Shown: positions 48,067-59,526 of the stretch, in pieces
How positions within the stretch are numbered: the stretch's first letter is position 1
Layout: each line of letters starts with the position of its first letter
From: Macrostomum lignano
Taxonomy: Eukaryota
Direction: 5' to 3'
DNA length: 64,000 bases
Assembly: GCA_002269645.1 (NCBI GenBank)
Contig: NIVC01000135.1
Coordinates: forward strand, 124,001-188,000
Program-made: the position numbers and the translations under genes
The notes under the pieces: generated by a model
Seen by the model: the letters and a program-made list of their open reading frames with translations, nothing else
Database searches by the model: none
What the model was told of the DNA's origin: nothing

Positions 48067-51000
48067 TGTTAGGCTTTGGCGGGGCTTCGCACTGTTTATT
48101 ATTTGATTGCTTATTTCACTGGTGCTTGTACTTTTGTTCAGTCTGAGTGTACGTATCAAATTATTATTGTCATCGTGCTCTGATGTGCAGTGCGGTGAGT
48201 TTTAGTCCTGGGTTGGGGGGTTGTCGCGGGTTCGTGCTTTATCGTTGATAATAAATAGTTTCGCACGGAGCGTGGGCTCAGAGCTATCGTTTTCTCGTCT
48301 CATAGCAATTGCTCGCCTTAGCTTGTCATTTCCAACATTTTGGCGTCGCGAGCAGGATCGCATGCATGTCTATCAAGCTACGAGACCCACTGCCACTGGA
48401 AAGCATTGAAGAGCTGCGGGCTTGGGTCGAAGTTTTCGATGCTCAAGCGAGGTCAAAAGGAGTGCAGGACACCGACGGCAACCTGGCACTGACAGACGCT
48501 TTTCTGGGCTGTCTGGGCGTGGCTCAGCTAATCAAAGTGAAGCAGCTGGTGGCACCGAGCCAGCTTCCTAAGATGAAGTGGGCCGACATCAAAGCGTGCC
48601 TGATTCGGTTTCTGGAACCGCAGAAAAGGCTGCTGATTACGGAGCGGGCGGCCTTCATGTCCATGCGCCAGGGCGAGGGTGAGAGCATCACCGGCTTCGC
48701 TGCCCGTCTTCGAGAACAGGCAGTGGTGTGTGAGTTCGAGAAGCTAAAGGACGAGGGTGCGAACCCAGCTGAGCAGCTGATCAAAATGCGACTGATTGCT
48801 GGCCTCAGCAATCAGGACATCAGAAGCAAAGTGCTCGAACGTGAGGTTTCGTCGGAGCTTTCGGTGGACCAGATTTCAGACTATGTGCAGCAGCTACAGA
48901 TGGTGAGCACCTTCTTGACTGGGCCGCTGACTGCGTTAGGCCAGGCTCAAGTTGGTTCAGCGGTGCACCAGACGGCGCCTAGCCACGATGCGCCACGCCG
49001 GGACCTCGAAGACGCGGCCGGTGTCAATGCGGTGGAGAAGTCGAGACCGAATGTGAGTGGAAGCCAGATCTGCCAGCGCTGCGGCCAGAAGTCTCATCGC
49101 AAGCCAACTGACTGCTGGGCGCTGAAAGCCACCTGTCGTCAGTGCGGAAAACTCGGACACTTCGCCCGAGTCTGCAGGAGCGCCAAAACTCACTTCGCTG
49201 CAGAAAAAGCAATGTCTGCAGATTCTACCAGTTATGAGCCCGTCTTCTACTGCGGTGAGGGCACCCCGGCTGCTTTCTGCATGGTCAAGATCAACGGCAA
49301 GCAGGTGAAGATGGAGAAGGATAGCGGTGCGGTGTGCTCGCTGATATCAAGAAAGATCTGGGAAGATCTTGGCAGACCGCCACTGAAATCGGCGAAGTCC
49401 CGGATGCTGGCCTACGACGGTCATGTGATGAAGCAGCTCGGCATCCTGGAGTGCCTGGTGGAGACTGACGGCACGGACGGTCGCTTCATTGCCGCTGAGT
49501 TGCCTGTCATCGACTGCCAGCAAAAGTTTGGACTGCTAGGCCGGGATTTGCTCAACTCGCTGCCAGCTCACCATTCTGATGAGGCCAAGGCACCCAGCAG
49601 CAACAGGTATGAGAGCTTACTGGGTATTAAGGGAGCAGTCGGAGAGATTCGGTTGAAGACAGGAGCCGGGCCGATCTTCCAGCCAGCCAGAGAGCTGCCA
49701 TTGGCGCTGCGTCCGTTAGTAAAAAAGGAGCTGGACTTGATGGAGAAGGCGGGAATAGTCGAGAGAGTGACATCGTCGGAGTGGGGCAGCCCGATTGTGG
49801 TGACGGTGAAGTCAGACAAGGCGTCAGTGAGGATTTGCGGAGACTACACAGCAGTCAATCAGTGGGTGCAGGATCAGACATACCTGACTCCATCAATAGA
49901 GACAGCGTTTTCCAAGATGGCCAACAAGAAGCTGTTTTGCCGTCTTGACCTTTCTGATGCCTATTATCAAAAACCGCTGGACAGTGAGTCTAAAGACATC
50001 ACCACCATCAACACTCCATTTGGCTGTTATCGCTTCAATAGGCTGCCGTACGGCATCAAGGTCTCTCCGTCTGTGTTCCAGCGTGAGATGGAGAAGCTGC
50101 TAGGCGAACATCCAGGTGTCATTGTGTACCAAGATGACGTCCTCATGGGTGCGGTGACGAAGGCAGAGCTGGAGAACATTCGCACAGGAATACTCGACAA
50201 GCTGAGAGCGGCAAATGTTAAAGTCAATGAAGCAAAGTGCATCATGGAAGCACCCAGTTTGAAGTTTCTTGGCCACATAATAGATGAGGAAGGGATCAAG
50301 CCAGATCCTGGCATGGTTCAGCGGATTCAGGATGTGGAAGCTCCAAAGAACAAGAAGGACCTCGAGCGGTTTCTGGGACTGGCCCAGTTCTACGGTCGGT
50401 TGGTCCCCAATTTTGCTGAGAAGTGCCGGCCTTTGCAGGAACTTCGCCGGGCGGACCGGGTGTTCGAGTGGAGTTCTGTGGCCGAAGCCGCGTTTGCCTG
50501 CGTGAAGCAGAGCCTGAGTTCGAATCCGTGCGTGAAACCATTTGATGTCAGCTCTCCTGTCTGTCTCCGCGTGGATGCTAGTGAGCAGTCATTGGGTGCT
50601 GTTCTGGTGCAGTCAGGTCATCCGGTTATGTACCTGTCACGTGCTCTGACGAAGTCTGAAGCAAATTACTCGAACATTGAGAGAGAGGCCCTTGCAATTG
50701 TTTGGGCAGTGGAGAGAGCTCGCAAGATGCTGCTAGGCAAGAGGTTTACTCTCCAGACCGACCATGAGCCGCTAAAGTATATTTTCAATCCGAGCAAAAA
50801 CCTTCCCAAAACGGTGTCAGCAAGACTAATGCGCTGGGCTTTGAGACTGTCGGCTTTCGATTACGTGGTCGAGTACGTGCCTGGGAGGCTGATGACGGAT
50901 GCTGATGCTTTGTCACGTTTGAGCTTTGCCGAGCAAGATGCACAGAATGATTTAATTCACCAGCTGGAGTCTGAGGTCGTCACTGAAGGGGCTCTGGTGA

Positions 51001-52529
51001 CCTTGCAAGAGCTACGTGAAGGAACTCGGAGGTGTTCGCTGTTGACACGGCTCCGGCAGAGAATCAGAACCGGCAGGTGGGGCCAGGTGTCGCAGGTGGA
51101 GAGACCGTACAAGGCGTGTCGTGAGGCTCTGTCAGTCGAAGATGGCCTGGTGATCCATGGAACCAGAATTGTGCCGCCACCCATTCTCCGCAGGCGCATC
51201 CTGGAGGCGGCCCATGACGAAGTACACCCGAGTGCTGACAACACCAAGGCGCACATCTCCAAGGAATTCTGGTGGCCTGGCCTGGATCGCGAGGTGCGGA
51301 CTTTTGTGGAGCGCTGTCCGCAGTGCTCAGAAACTCGACCGGTGCTTCAGCGGAAAATCGACATCTGGCCAGCCGAGAGTGAGCCTTGGGCGCGAGTTCA
51401 CATGGACCACTGTGAGATCTCTGGTGTTGGGCTTCTCCTGTTGTTGTCCGACTCCTATTCAGGGTGGCCGGAGGCGATTCAGGTGCCTGATCGATCTGCA
51501 GAAAGTGTACTGCGTGTTCTAAGAGCGGTTTTTGCGAGGAATGGAGTGCCTCAGACGCTGGTGTCGGACAATGCGCCGGAGTTCAAGTCGGAGAAGGTCT
51601 CGCAGTGGCTGCGCAGCATTGGTTGTCGTGAACTGCACACCCCGCCGTATCATCCCGCCTCGAATGGTCAAGCTGAGAGACTGGTGCGAATCATTAAGGA
51701 TGGTCTCAGAGCGTGGACTAAGGCGGTGCCGTTCGACCATTTTCTGCAAAAGCTGTTGCTGACGATAAGGACCAGCCGGCCAAGCGGCAATCGCGCAGCC
51801 TCTCCAGACATCCTCATGTGGGGCCGTCGGCTTCGACACCCGCTGACAATGACGGAGCAAGCTGGCGATCCAATCTGGCTGAGGATGCGACCTGGAACTC
51901 CTCCGGTGCCAGCCAAGTTCGTAGTGCAGCACGGCCTGAACACGGCGCTTGTCACTCCGGCCAATCAGCCTGGCGGTGGCCTGCGGCTGGCGCACTCAAA
52001 TCAGTGGACCGGCCGGCCGGACTCTCCTAAGCGGCTTGAGACACCTGAACCCGATGGTGCGCTGACTGACCCGGTGGTTGCCGTGGAAGACGACCCGCGG
52101 CTCGACCTGGAGCGCCAGGAGCCCGGAAACATTTGCCACCGGGAGCCGTACGAGTTTCGTCCTCGGCAGCCTGTTTGCTACAAGGACTGATAGTGAAATT
52201 GACTGTGGGGATTTCAAGTGACTGTCTTTGAATTTTGTTTGCTTTTTGTGGGGAGCAGTGTTAGGCTTTGGCGGGGCTTCGCACTGTTTATTATTTGATT
52301 GCTTATTTCACTGGTGCTTGTACTTTTGTTCAGTCTGAGTGTACGTATCAAATTATTATTGTCATCGTGCTCTGATGTGCAGTGCGGTGAGTTTTAGTCC
52401 TGGGTTGGGGGGTTGTCGCGGGTTCGTGCTTTATCGTTGATAATAAATAGTTTCGCACGGAGCGTGGGCTCAGAGCTATCGTTTTCTCGTCTCATAGCAA
52501 TTGCTCGCCTTAGCTTGTCATTTCCAACA
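48067..52529 (+). mobile_element. Complete Ty3/Gypsy LTR retrotransposon (Mag/K02A2.6-like), 4463 bp
   Basis: 271-bp LTRs (48067-48337, 52259-52529) with TG...CA ends that read identical by eye. 5-bp TSD ATGTT (48062-48066 / 52530-52534). PBS TGGCGTCGCGAGCAGGAT (48341-48358). Weak PPT at ~52248-52258. Confidence 0.97.
48366..52190 (+). CDS. Gag-pol polyprotein (single ORF, 1274 aa from ATG 48366)
   Basis: CCHC knuckles (CQRCGQKSH...C; CRQCGKLGHFARVC), aspartic protease DSGA, RT (RICGDY...YQDD), RNase H (DASEQSLGAVL, YSNIEREALA) and integrase (H..H...C..C; D-D-E), in Ty3/Gypsy order. Confidence 0.97.
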   Translation: MSIKLRDPLPLESIEELRAWVEVFDAQARSKGVQDTDGNLALTDAFLGCLGVAQLIKVKQLVAPSQLPKMKWADIKACLIRFLEPQKRLLITERAAFMSMRQGEGESITGFAARLREQAVVCEFEKLKDEGANPAEQLIKMRLIAGLSNQDIRSKVLEREVSSELSVDQISDYVQQLQMVSTFLTGPLTALGQAQVGSAVHQTAPSHDAPRRDLEDAAGVNAVEKSRPNVSGSQICQRCGQKSHRKPTDCWALKATCRQCGKLGHFARVCRSAKTHFAAEKAMSADSTSYEPVFYCGEGTPAAFCMVKINGKQVKMEKDSGAVCSLISRKIWEDLGRPPLKSAKSRMLAYDGHVMKQLGILECLVETDGTDGRFIAAELPVIDCQQKFGLLGRDLLNSLPAHHSDEAKAPSSNRYESLLGIKGAVGEIRLKTGAGPIFQPARELPLALRPLVKKELDLMEKAGIVERVTSSEWGSPIVVTVKSDKASVRICGDYTAVNQWVQDQTYLTPSIETAFSKMANKKLFCRLDLSDAYYQKPLDSESKDITTINTPFGCYRFNRLPYGIKVSPSVFQREMEKLLGEHPGVIVYQDDVLMGAVTKAELENIRTGILDKLRAANVKVNEAKCIMEAPSLKFLGHIIDEEGIKPDPGMVQRIQDVEAPKNKKDLERFLGLAQFYGRLVPNFAEKCRPLQELRRADRVFEWSSVAEAAFACVKQSLSSNPCVKPFDVSSPVCLRVDASEQSLGAVLVQSGHPVMYLSRALTKSEANYSNIEREALAIVWAVERARKMLLGKRFTLQTDHEPLKYIFNPSKNLPKTVSARLMRWALRLSAFDYVVEYVPGRLMTDADALSRLSFAEQDAQNDLIHQLESEVVTEGALVTLQELREGTRRCSLLTRLRQRIRTGRWGQVSQVERPYKACREALSVEDGLVIHGTRIVPPPILRRRILEAAHDEVHPSADNTKAHISKEFWWPGLDREVRTFVERCPQCSETRPVLQRKIDIWPAESEPWARVHMDHCEISGVGLLLLLSDSYSGWPEAIQVPDRSAESVLRVLRAVFARNGVPQTLVSDNAPEFKSEKVSQWLRSIGCRELHTPPYHPASNGQAERLVRIIKDGLRAWTKAVPFDHFLQKLLLTIRTSRPSGNRAASPDILMWGRRLRHPLTMTEQAGDPIWLRMRPGTPPVPAKFVVQHGLNTALVTPANQPGGGLRLAHSNQWTGRPDSPKRLETPEPDGALTDPVVAVEDDPRLDLERQEPGNICHREPYEFRPRQPVCYKD

Positions 52530-53951
52530 ATGTTCAAGCTCCTGAACATTCTGTGGGTCATGTTCAAGCTCCTGAACATTCTGTGGGTCATGTTCAAGCT
52601 CCTGAACATTCTGTGGGTCATGTTCAAGCTCCTGAACATTCTGTGGGTCATGTTCAAGCTCCTGAACATTCTGTGGGTCATGTTCAAGCTCCGGAACATT
52701 CTATGTCATGTTCAAGCTCCTGAACATTCTGTGGGTCATGTTCAAGCTCCTGAACATTCTGTAGGTCATGTTCAAGCTCCTGAAAATTCTATGTCATGTT
52801 CAAACTCCTGAACATTCTATGTCATGTTCAAACTCCTGAACATTCTATGTCATGTTCAAACTCCTGAACATTCTATGTCATGTTCAAACTCCTGAACATT
52901 CTATGTCATGTTCAAACTCCTGAACATTCTGTGGGTCATGTTCAAGCTCCTGAAAATTCTATGTCATGTTCAAACTCCTGAACATTCTATGTCATGTTCA
53001 AACTCCTGAACATTCTATGTCATGTTCAAACTCCTGAACATTCTATGTCATGTTCAAACTCCTGAACATTCTATGTCATGTTCAAACTCCTGAACATTCT
53101 GTGGGTCATGTTCAAGCTCCTGAAAATTCTATGTCATGTTCAAACTCCTGAACATTCTATGTCATGTTCAAGCTCCAGAATATTCTATGTCATGTTCAAG
53201 CTCCTGAACATTCTGTGGGTCATGTTCAAGCTCCTGAAAATTCTATGTCATGTTCAAACTCCTGAACATTCTATGTCATGTTCAAACTCCTGGGTTCTAT
53301 GTCATGTTCAAACTCCTGAACATTCTATGTCATGTTCAAGCTCCGGAACATTCTATGTCATGTTCAAGCTCCTGAACATTCTGTGGGTCATGTTCAAGCT
53401 CCTGAACATTCTGTAGGTCATGTTCAAGCTCCTGAAAATTCTATGTCATGTTCAAACTCCTGAACATTCTATGTCATGTTCAAACTCCTGGGTTCTATGT
53501 CATGTTCAAACTCCTGAACATTCTATGTCATGTTCAAGCTCCGGAACATTCTATGTCATGTTCAAGCTCCTGAACATTCTGTGGGTCATGTTCAAGCTCC
53601 TGAACATTCTGTAGGTCATGTTCAAGCTCCTGAAAATTCTATGTCATGTTCAAACTCCTGAACATTCTATGTCATGTTCAAACTCCTGAACATTCTATGT
53701 CATGTTCAAACTCCTGGGTTCTATGTCATGTTCAAACTCCTGAACATTCTATGTCATGTTCAAACTCCTGAACATTCTATGTCATGTTCAAGCTCCGGAA
53801 CATTCTATGTCATGTTCAAGCTCTGCAACATTCTGTGTATCATGTTCAAGCTCCTGAACATTCTGCGGAGACAACTTATTTTTAGTATAGTATACGAGCG
53901 TAGATATCAAAGATGCTGAACCCAAGATCAAAGTGCATTGCATTTCCTTAC

Positions 53952-54095
53952 CAATGACATCAGCTTCCTGTATGATGCTGTCAATCTCTTTCTGAGTCGG
54001 ATTCTGGCCCATCGCCTGCAGCACGTTTCTGAGTTCGAAGCTCTCGATGTAGCCCGAGCTGTTCTGGTCGAATATATCGAATGCCTCTCGCATTT
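53952..54095 (-). CDS. Calmodulin-like protein exon 2
   Basis: aaacag|AA ATG gives EMREAFDIFDQNSSGYIESFELRNVLQAMGQNPTQKEIDSIIQEADVI|gtaagg. Confidence 0.92.
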
Positions 54096-54176
54096 CTGTT
54101 TGAATATTCGAATGGATTTTAAATGATTTTTGCTGCTCTCTTTGAGATTAGGAATTCGAGCATTTCTGTGACTTTT

Positions 54177-55655
54177 AGGTGACGTGATCATCAGGTGATG
54201 TCTGTGGTTATCAGGTGATGTCGGTGATTATCAGGTGATGTCTTTGATCATCAGGTGATGTCTTTGATTATCAGGTGATGCCTGTGATTATCAGGTGATG
54301 TCTTTGATCATCAGGTGATGTCTTTGATCATCAGGTGATGTCTTTGATCATCAGGTGATGTCTTTGATCATCAGGTGATGTCTTTGATCATCAGGTGATG
54401 TCTTTGATCATCAGGTGATGTCTTTGATCATCAGGTGATGTCTTTGATCATCAGGTGATGTCTTTGATCATCAGGTGATGTCTTTGATCATCAGGTGATG
54501 TCTTTGATCATCAGGTGATGTCTTTGATCATCAGGTGATGTCTTTGATTATCAGGTGATGTCTTTGATCATCAGGTGATGTCTTTGATTATCAGGTGATG
54601 CCTGTGATTATCAGGTGATGTCTTTGATCATCAGGTGATGTCTTTGATCATCAGGTGATGTCTTTGATCATCAGGTGATGTCTTTGATCATCAGGTGATG
54701 TCTTTGATCATCAGGTGATGTCTTTGATTATCAGGTGATGCCTGTGATTACCAGGTGATGTCTTTGATCATCAGGTGACGTCTGTGGTTATCAGGTGATG
54801 TCTGTGATCATCAGGTGATGTCGGTGATCATCAGGTAATGTCGGTGATCATCAGGTGATGTCGGTGATTATTAGGTGATGTCTTTGATCATCAGGTGATG
54901 TCTGTGATTATCAGGTGATGTCTGTGGTTATCAGGTGATGTCTGTGGTTATCAGGTGATGTTTGTGATCATTAGGTGATGTCTTTGATCATCAGGTGATG
55001 TCTGTGATCATCAGGTGATGTCTGTGGTTATCAGGTGATGTCTGTGGTTATCAGGTGATGTTTGTGATCATTAGGTGATGTCTTTGATCATCAGGTGATG
55101 TCTTTGATCATCAGGTGATGTCTGTGGTTATCAGGTGATGTCTGTGGTTATCAGGTGATGTTTGTGATCATTAGGTGATGTCTTTGATCATCAGGTGATG
55201 TCTGTGATCATCAGGTGATGTCGGTGATTATTAGGTGATGTCTTTGATCATCAGGTGATGTCTGTGATTATCAGGTGATGTCTGTGATTATCAGGTGATG
55301 TCTGTGGTTATCAGGTGATGTCTGTGGTTATCAGGTGATGTTTGTGATCATTAGGTGATGTCTTTGATCATCAGGTGATGTCTGTGATCATCAGGTGATG
55401 TCTGTGGTTATCAGGTGATGTCTGTGGTTATCAGGTGATGTTTGTGATCATTAGGTGATGTCTTTGATCATCAGGTGATGTCTGTGATCATCAGGTGATG
55501 TCTGTGGTTATCAGGTGATGTTTGTGATTATCAGGTGATGTCTATGACTATCAGGTGATGTTTTTGATCATCAGGTGATGTCTGTGATTATCAGGTATTG
55601 TCTTTGATCATCAGGTGATGTCTGTGACTATCAGGTGATGTCTGTGATTATCAGG
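54177..55655 (+). repeat. 20-bp minisatellite (AGGTGATGTCTTTGATCATC), ~73 copies, in CaM-like intron 1
   Basis: Strict period 20. Confidence 0.98.
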
Positions 55656-55690
55656 CGATAGCTTGGCTTCGACAAGAAAATATTTCTCAC

Positions 55691-55724
55691 CCTTGAACTC
55701 CTCTTCAGTGAGAAACGGCTCCAT
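55691..55724 (-). CDS. Calmodulin-like protein exon 1 (MEPFLTEEEFK)
   Basis: ATG at 55724 and donor |gtgaga, phase 1 matching exon 2. The five exons total 498 nt = 165 aa. Confidence 0.8.
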
Positions 55725-56267
55725 ATCTGCAGCACTTGAAGATCTGTAATAGCCGGATTTATTTTAAAACGCGCTTTTGATAAAATCAGAAATTTGTCAA
55801 TCCATTTGTTTCACCGCCAACAGCCTCTCAGCTTCCTGAGAACCCCTGGGGAGATTCCCATTTGTTGCAACGGAGCGGAAGTGGCTTTCGCAGCTCTCTG
55901 TCTGCTGCCTCTCCTATTTTCTGCTCCTAGGAGCCACCTGTTGGTGTTGCTTTTGCTTGCTTTTGTCTTGCCTGAATGCAGCTGCCTCCATTCCGTCTCT
56001 CCCTGTACACCTCAGCTGAGCCCGCCGCTCTGCAAGCAGCAGAATTCTCGCAAGCTGCCCGCCTTTTGCCAGTGCGTTGTTTGAAAAAAACATTTCTCTC
56101 TGCTTGCTTGGAATAGCTGAGAAGCGGCTGCCGCGAGCGTGGCATTTGGATTGCGATGGGGAACCTGAGCTGCTGCCGAGGTGGGGTCTGCGGTCAGCTT
56201 CTCTTGCAACTGACTTTGGAAATAAGTTGAACCGGCGGTGCCCTATTCTTTCTTCACGCTGCACCTC

Positions 56268-57040
56268 TCTACTGTGTGACAGGCAGGTCTCTACTGTGTG
56301 ACAGGCAGATCTCTACTGTGTGACAGGCAGGTCTCTACTGTGTGACAGGCAGGTCTCTACTGTGTGACAGGCAGGTCTCTACTGTGTGACAGGCAGGTCT
56401 CTACTGTGTGACAGGCAGGTTTCTACTGTTACAGTCAGGTCTCTACTGTGTGACAGGCAGGTCTCTACTGTGTGACAGGCAGGTCTCTACTGTGTGACAG
56501 GCAGGTCTCTACTGTGTGACAGGCAGGTCTCTACTGTGTGACAGGCAGCTGTCTCTACTGTGTGACAGGCAGGTCTCTTTAATGTGACAGACAGCTGGTC
56601 TCTACTGTGTTACAGGCAGCTGTATCTACTGTGTGACAGGCAGCTGTATCTACTGTGTGACAGGCAGCTGTATCTACTGTGTGACAGGCAGCTGTATCTA
56701 CTGTGTGACAGGCAGCTGTATCTACTGTGTGACAGGCAGCTGTATCTACTGTGTGACAGGCAGCTGTATCTACTGTGTGACAGGCAGCTGTATCTACTGT
56801 GTGACAGGCAGCTGTATCTACTGTGTGACAGGCAGCTGTCTCCAAGGACTACTTAAGTTACTTGAGTTATATACGTTACTTTAGTCGTCCTTGGCTGTCT
56901 CTACTGCGTGACAGGCAGCAGTTTCTACTGTGTGACATACAGGTCTCTACTGTGTGACAGGCAGCAGTTTCTACTGTGTGACATACAGGTCTCTACTGTG
57001 TGACAGGCAGCTCTCTCTACTGTGTGACAGGCAGCTACTG
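56268..57040 (+). repeat. 22/24-bp minisatellite (CAGGCAGGTCTCTACTGTGTGA / CAGGCAGCTGTATCTACTGTGTGA)
   Basis: Directly visible. Confidence 0.95.
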
Positions 57041-57646
57041 TGTGCAAACTAGTAGTTATTAAAGAAGGGATGCAGGAACTTCATCAGGGTGCAGCCCAGC
57101 AATAGGCTACAAACGGCATTCATATAACCACTACTAGAGCCTATAAATAATTACTTGGGTATTCGTTTTTAGTCACGTTCGCCACCTGCTGACAATGCAA
57201 GTCGGCTGCATCTCACCTAAACTGCTGCAGGGAAGTCTTGTCATATTCAGTCAAAGCCAGAGTTAATCTGCCACAGCCTCACAATACGAGGCCAAGTTCT
57301 GCAATTCTTGTCTGAACTGACAAATGAAATTATCGCTCAAGGTCGACTTGAGATTATAGCATTAATTTTTATGCCCTATTAAAAACTTGATTCAATGACA
57401 GAACTGAACTCACAAAGAGGAACTTCATGCTTCCTGTTTATTGATGACAAATGCGCTTTGTTTAAATCGGAAGTTTTGATTAAAAATAGTTTTGACAATT
57501 GTTAGCTGGGATTGCATGGTTGCCATGGTTACCTAAATCACTGTGCTGTCTATAGCAGTGAATTATAAGTTATGAAATTGACAATATTAATAATCTTCTG
57601 AACATTTAATAATGAATATCGGCGCTATTAGATAACGAGACTCAGT

Positions 57647-59526
57647 GCCATTGAGACTCAGTGCCATTGAGATTCAGTGCCATTGAGATTCAGTGCCATT
57701 GAGATTCAGTGCCATTGAGATTCAGTGCCATTGAGATTCAGTGCCATTGAGATTCAGTGCCATTGAGATTCAGTGCCATTGAGATTCAGTGCCAGTGATA
57801 ATAAGACTCAGTGCCATTGAGATTCAGTGCCATTGAGACTCAGTGCCACTGATAATGAGACTCAGTGCCATTGAGATTCAGTGCCATTGAGATTCAGTGC
57901 CATTGAGATTCAGTGCCATTGAGATTCAGTGCCATTGAGATTCAGTGCCATTGAGATTCAGTGCCATTGAGATTCAGTGCCATTGAGATTCAGTGCCAGT
58001 GATAATGAGACTCAGTGCCATTGAGATTCAGTGCCATTGAGACTCAGTGCCACTGATAATGAGACTCAGTGCCATTGAGATTCAGTGCCATTGAGATTCA
58101 GTGCCAGTGATAATGAGACTCAGTGCCATTGAGATTCAGTGCCATTGAGACTCAGTGCCACTGATAATGAGACTCAGTGCCATTGAGATTCAGTGCCATT
58201 GAGATTCAGTGCCAGTGATAATGAGACTCAGTGCCATTGAGATTCAGTGCCACTGATAATGAGACTCAGTGCCATTGAGACTCAGTGCCACTGATAATGA
58301 GACTCAGTGCCACTGATAATGAGACTCAGTGCCACTGATAATGAGACTCAGTGCCACTGATAATGAGACTCAGTGCCACTGATAATGAGACTCAGTGCCA
58401 CTGATAATGAGACTCAGTGCCACTGATAATGAGACTCAGTGCCACTGATAATGAGACTCAGTGCCACTGATAATGAGACTCAGTGCCACTGATAATGAGA
58501 CTCAGTGCCACTGATAATGAGACTCAGTGCCACTGATAATGAGACTCAGTGCCACTGATAATGAGACTCAGTGCCACTGATAATGAGACTCAGTGCCACT
58601 GATAATGAGACTCAGTGCCACTGATAATGAGACTCAGTGCCCCTGATAATGAGACTCAGTGCCACTGATAATGAGACTCAGTGCCACTGATAATGAGACT
58701 CAGTGCCACTGATAATGAGACTCAGTGCCACTGAGACTCAGTGCCACTGATAATGAGACTCAGTGCCACTGATAATGAGACTCAGTGCCATTGATAATGA
58801 GACTCAGTGCCACTGATAATGAGACTCAGTGCCACTGATAATGAGACTCAGTGCCACTGATAATGAGACTCAGTGCCACTGATAATGAGACTCAGTGCCA
58901 CTGATAATGAGACTCAGTGCCACTGATAATGAGACTCAGTGCCACTGATAATGAGACTCAGTGCCACTGATAATGAGACTCAGTGCCACTGATAATGAGA
59001 CTCAGTGCCACTGATAATGAGACTCAGTGCCCCTGATAATGAGACTCAGTGCCACTGATAATGAGACTCAGTGCCACTGATAATGAGACTCAGTGCCACT
59101 GATAATGAGACTCAGTGCCCCTGATAATGAGACTCAGTGCCACTGATAATGAGACTCAGTGCCACTGATAATGAGACTCAGTGCCACTGATAATGAGACT
59201 CAGTGCCACTGATAATGAGACTCAGTGCCACTGATAATGAGACTCAGTGCCACTGATAATGAGACTCAGTGCCACTGATAATGAGACTCAGTGCCACTGA
59301 TAATGAGACTCAGTGCCACTGATAATGAGACTCAGTGCCACTGATAATGAGACTCAGTGCCACTGATAATGAGACTCAGTGCCACTGATAATGAGACTCA
59401 GTGCCACTGATAATGAGACTCAGTGCCACTGATAATGAGACTCAGTGCCGTTGAGACTCAGTGCCACTGATAATGAGATTCAGTGCCATTGAGACTCAGT
59501 GCCAGTGATAATGAGACTCAGTGCCA
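57647..59526 (+). repeat. 16/22-bp minisatellite (GAGATTCAGTGCCATT / GAGACTCAGTGCCACTGATAAT)
   Basis: Directly visible. Confidence 0.97.

Larger units (their letters stand above)
47798..53865 (+). repeat. 30/28-bp minisatellite (GCTCCTGAACATTCTGTGGGTCATGTTCAA) filling CaM-like intron 2, split by the Gypsy element
   Basis: Arrays at 47798-48066 and 52530-53865. Confidence 0.95.

Noticed and set aside
47764-48159. ORFs reading (RSLNMTHRMF)n or (MFKLLNILWV)n
   Set aside because: They are repeat translations; the true exon 3 frame is different.
48524-52217. Short antisense or alternate-frame ORFs inside the Gypsy element
   Set aside because: They are shadows of the gag-pol ORF.
55794-56301. 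Several 65-116 aa ORFs upstream of the CaM-like ATG
   Set aside because: No recognisable domains; more likely 5'-UTR or promoter sequence.
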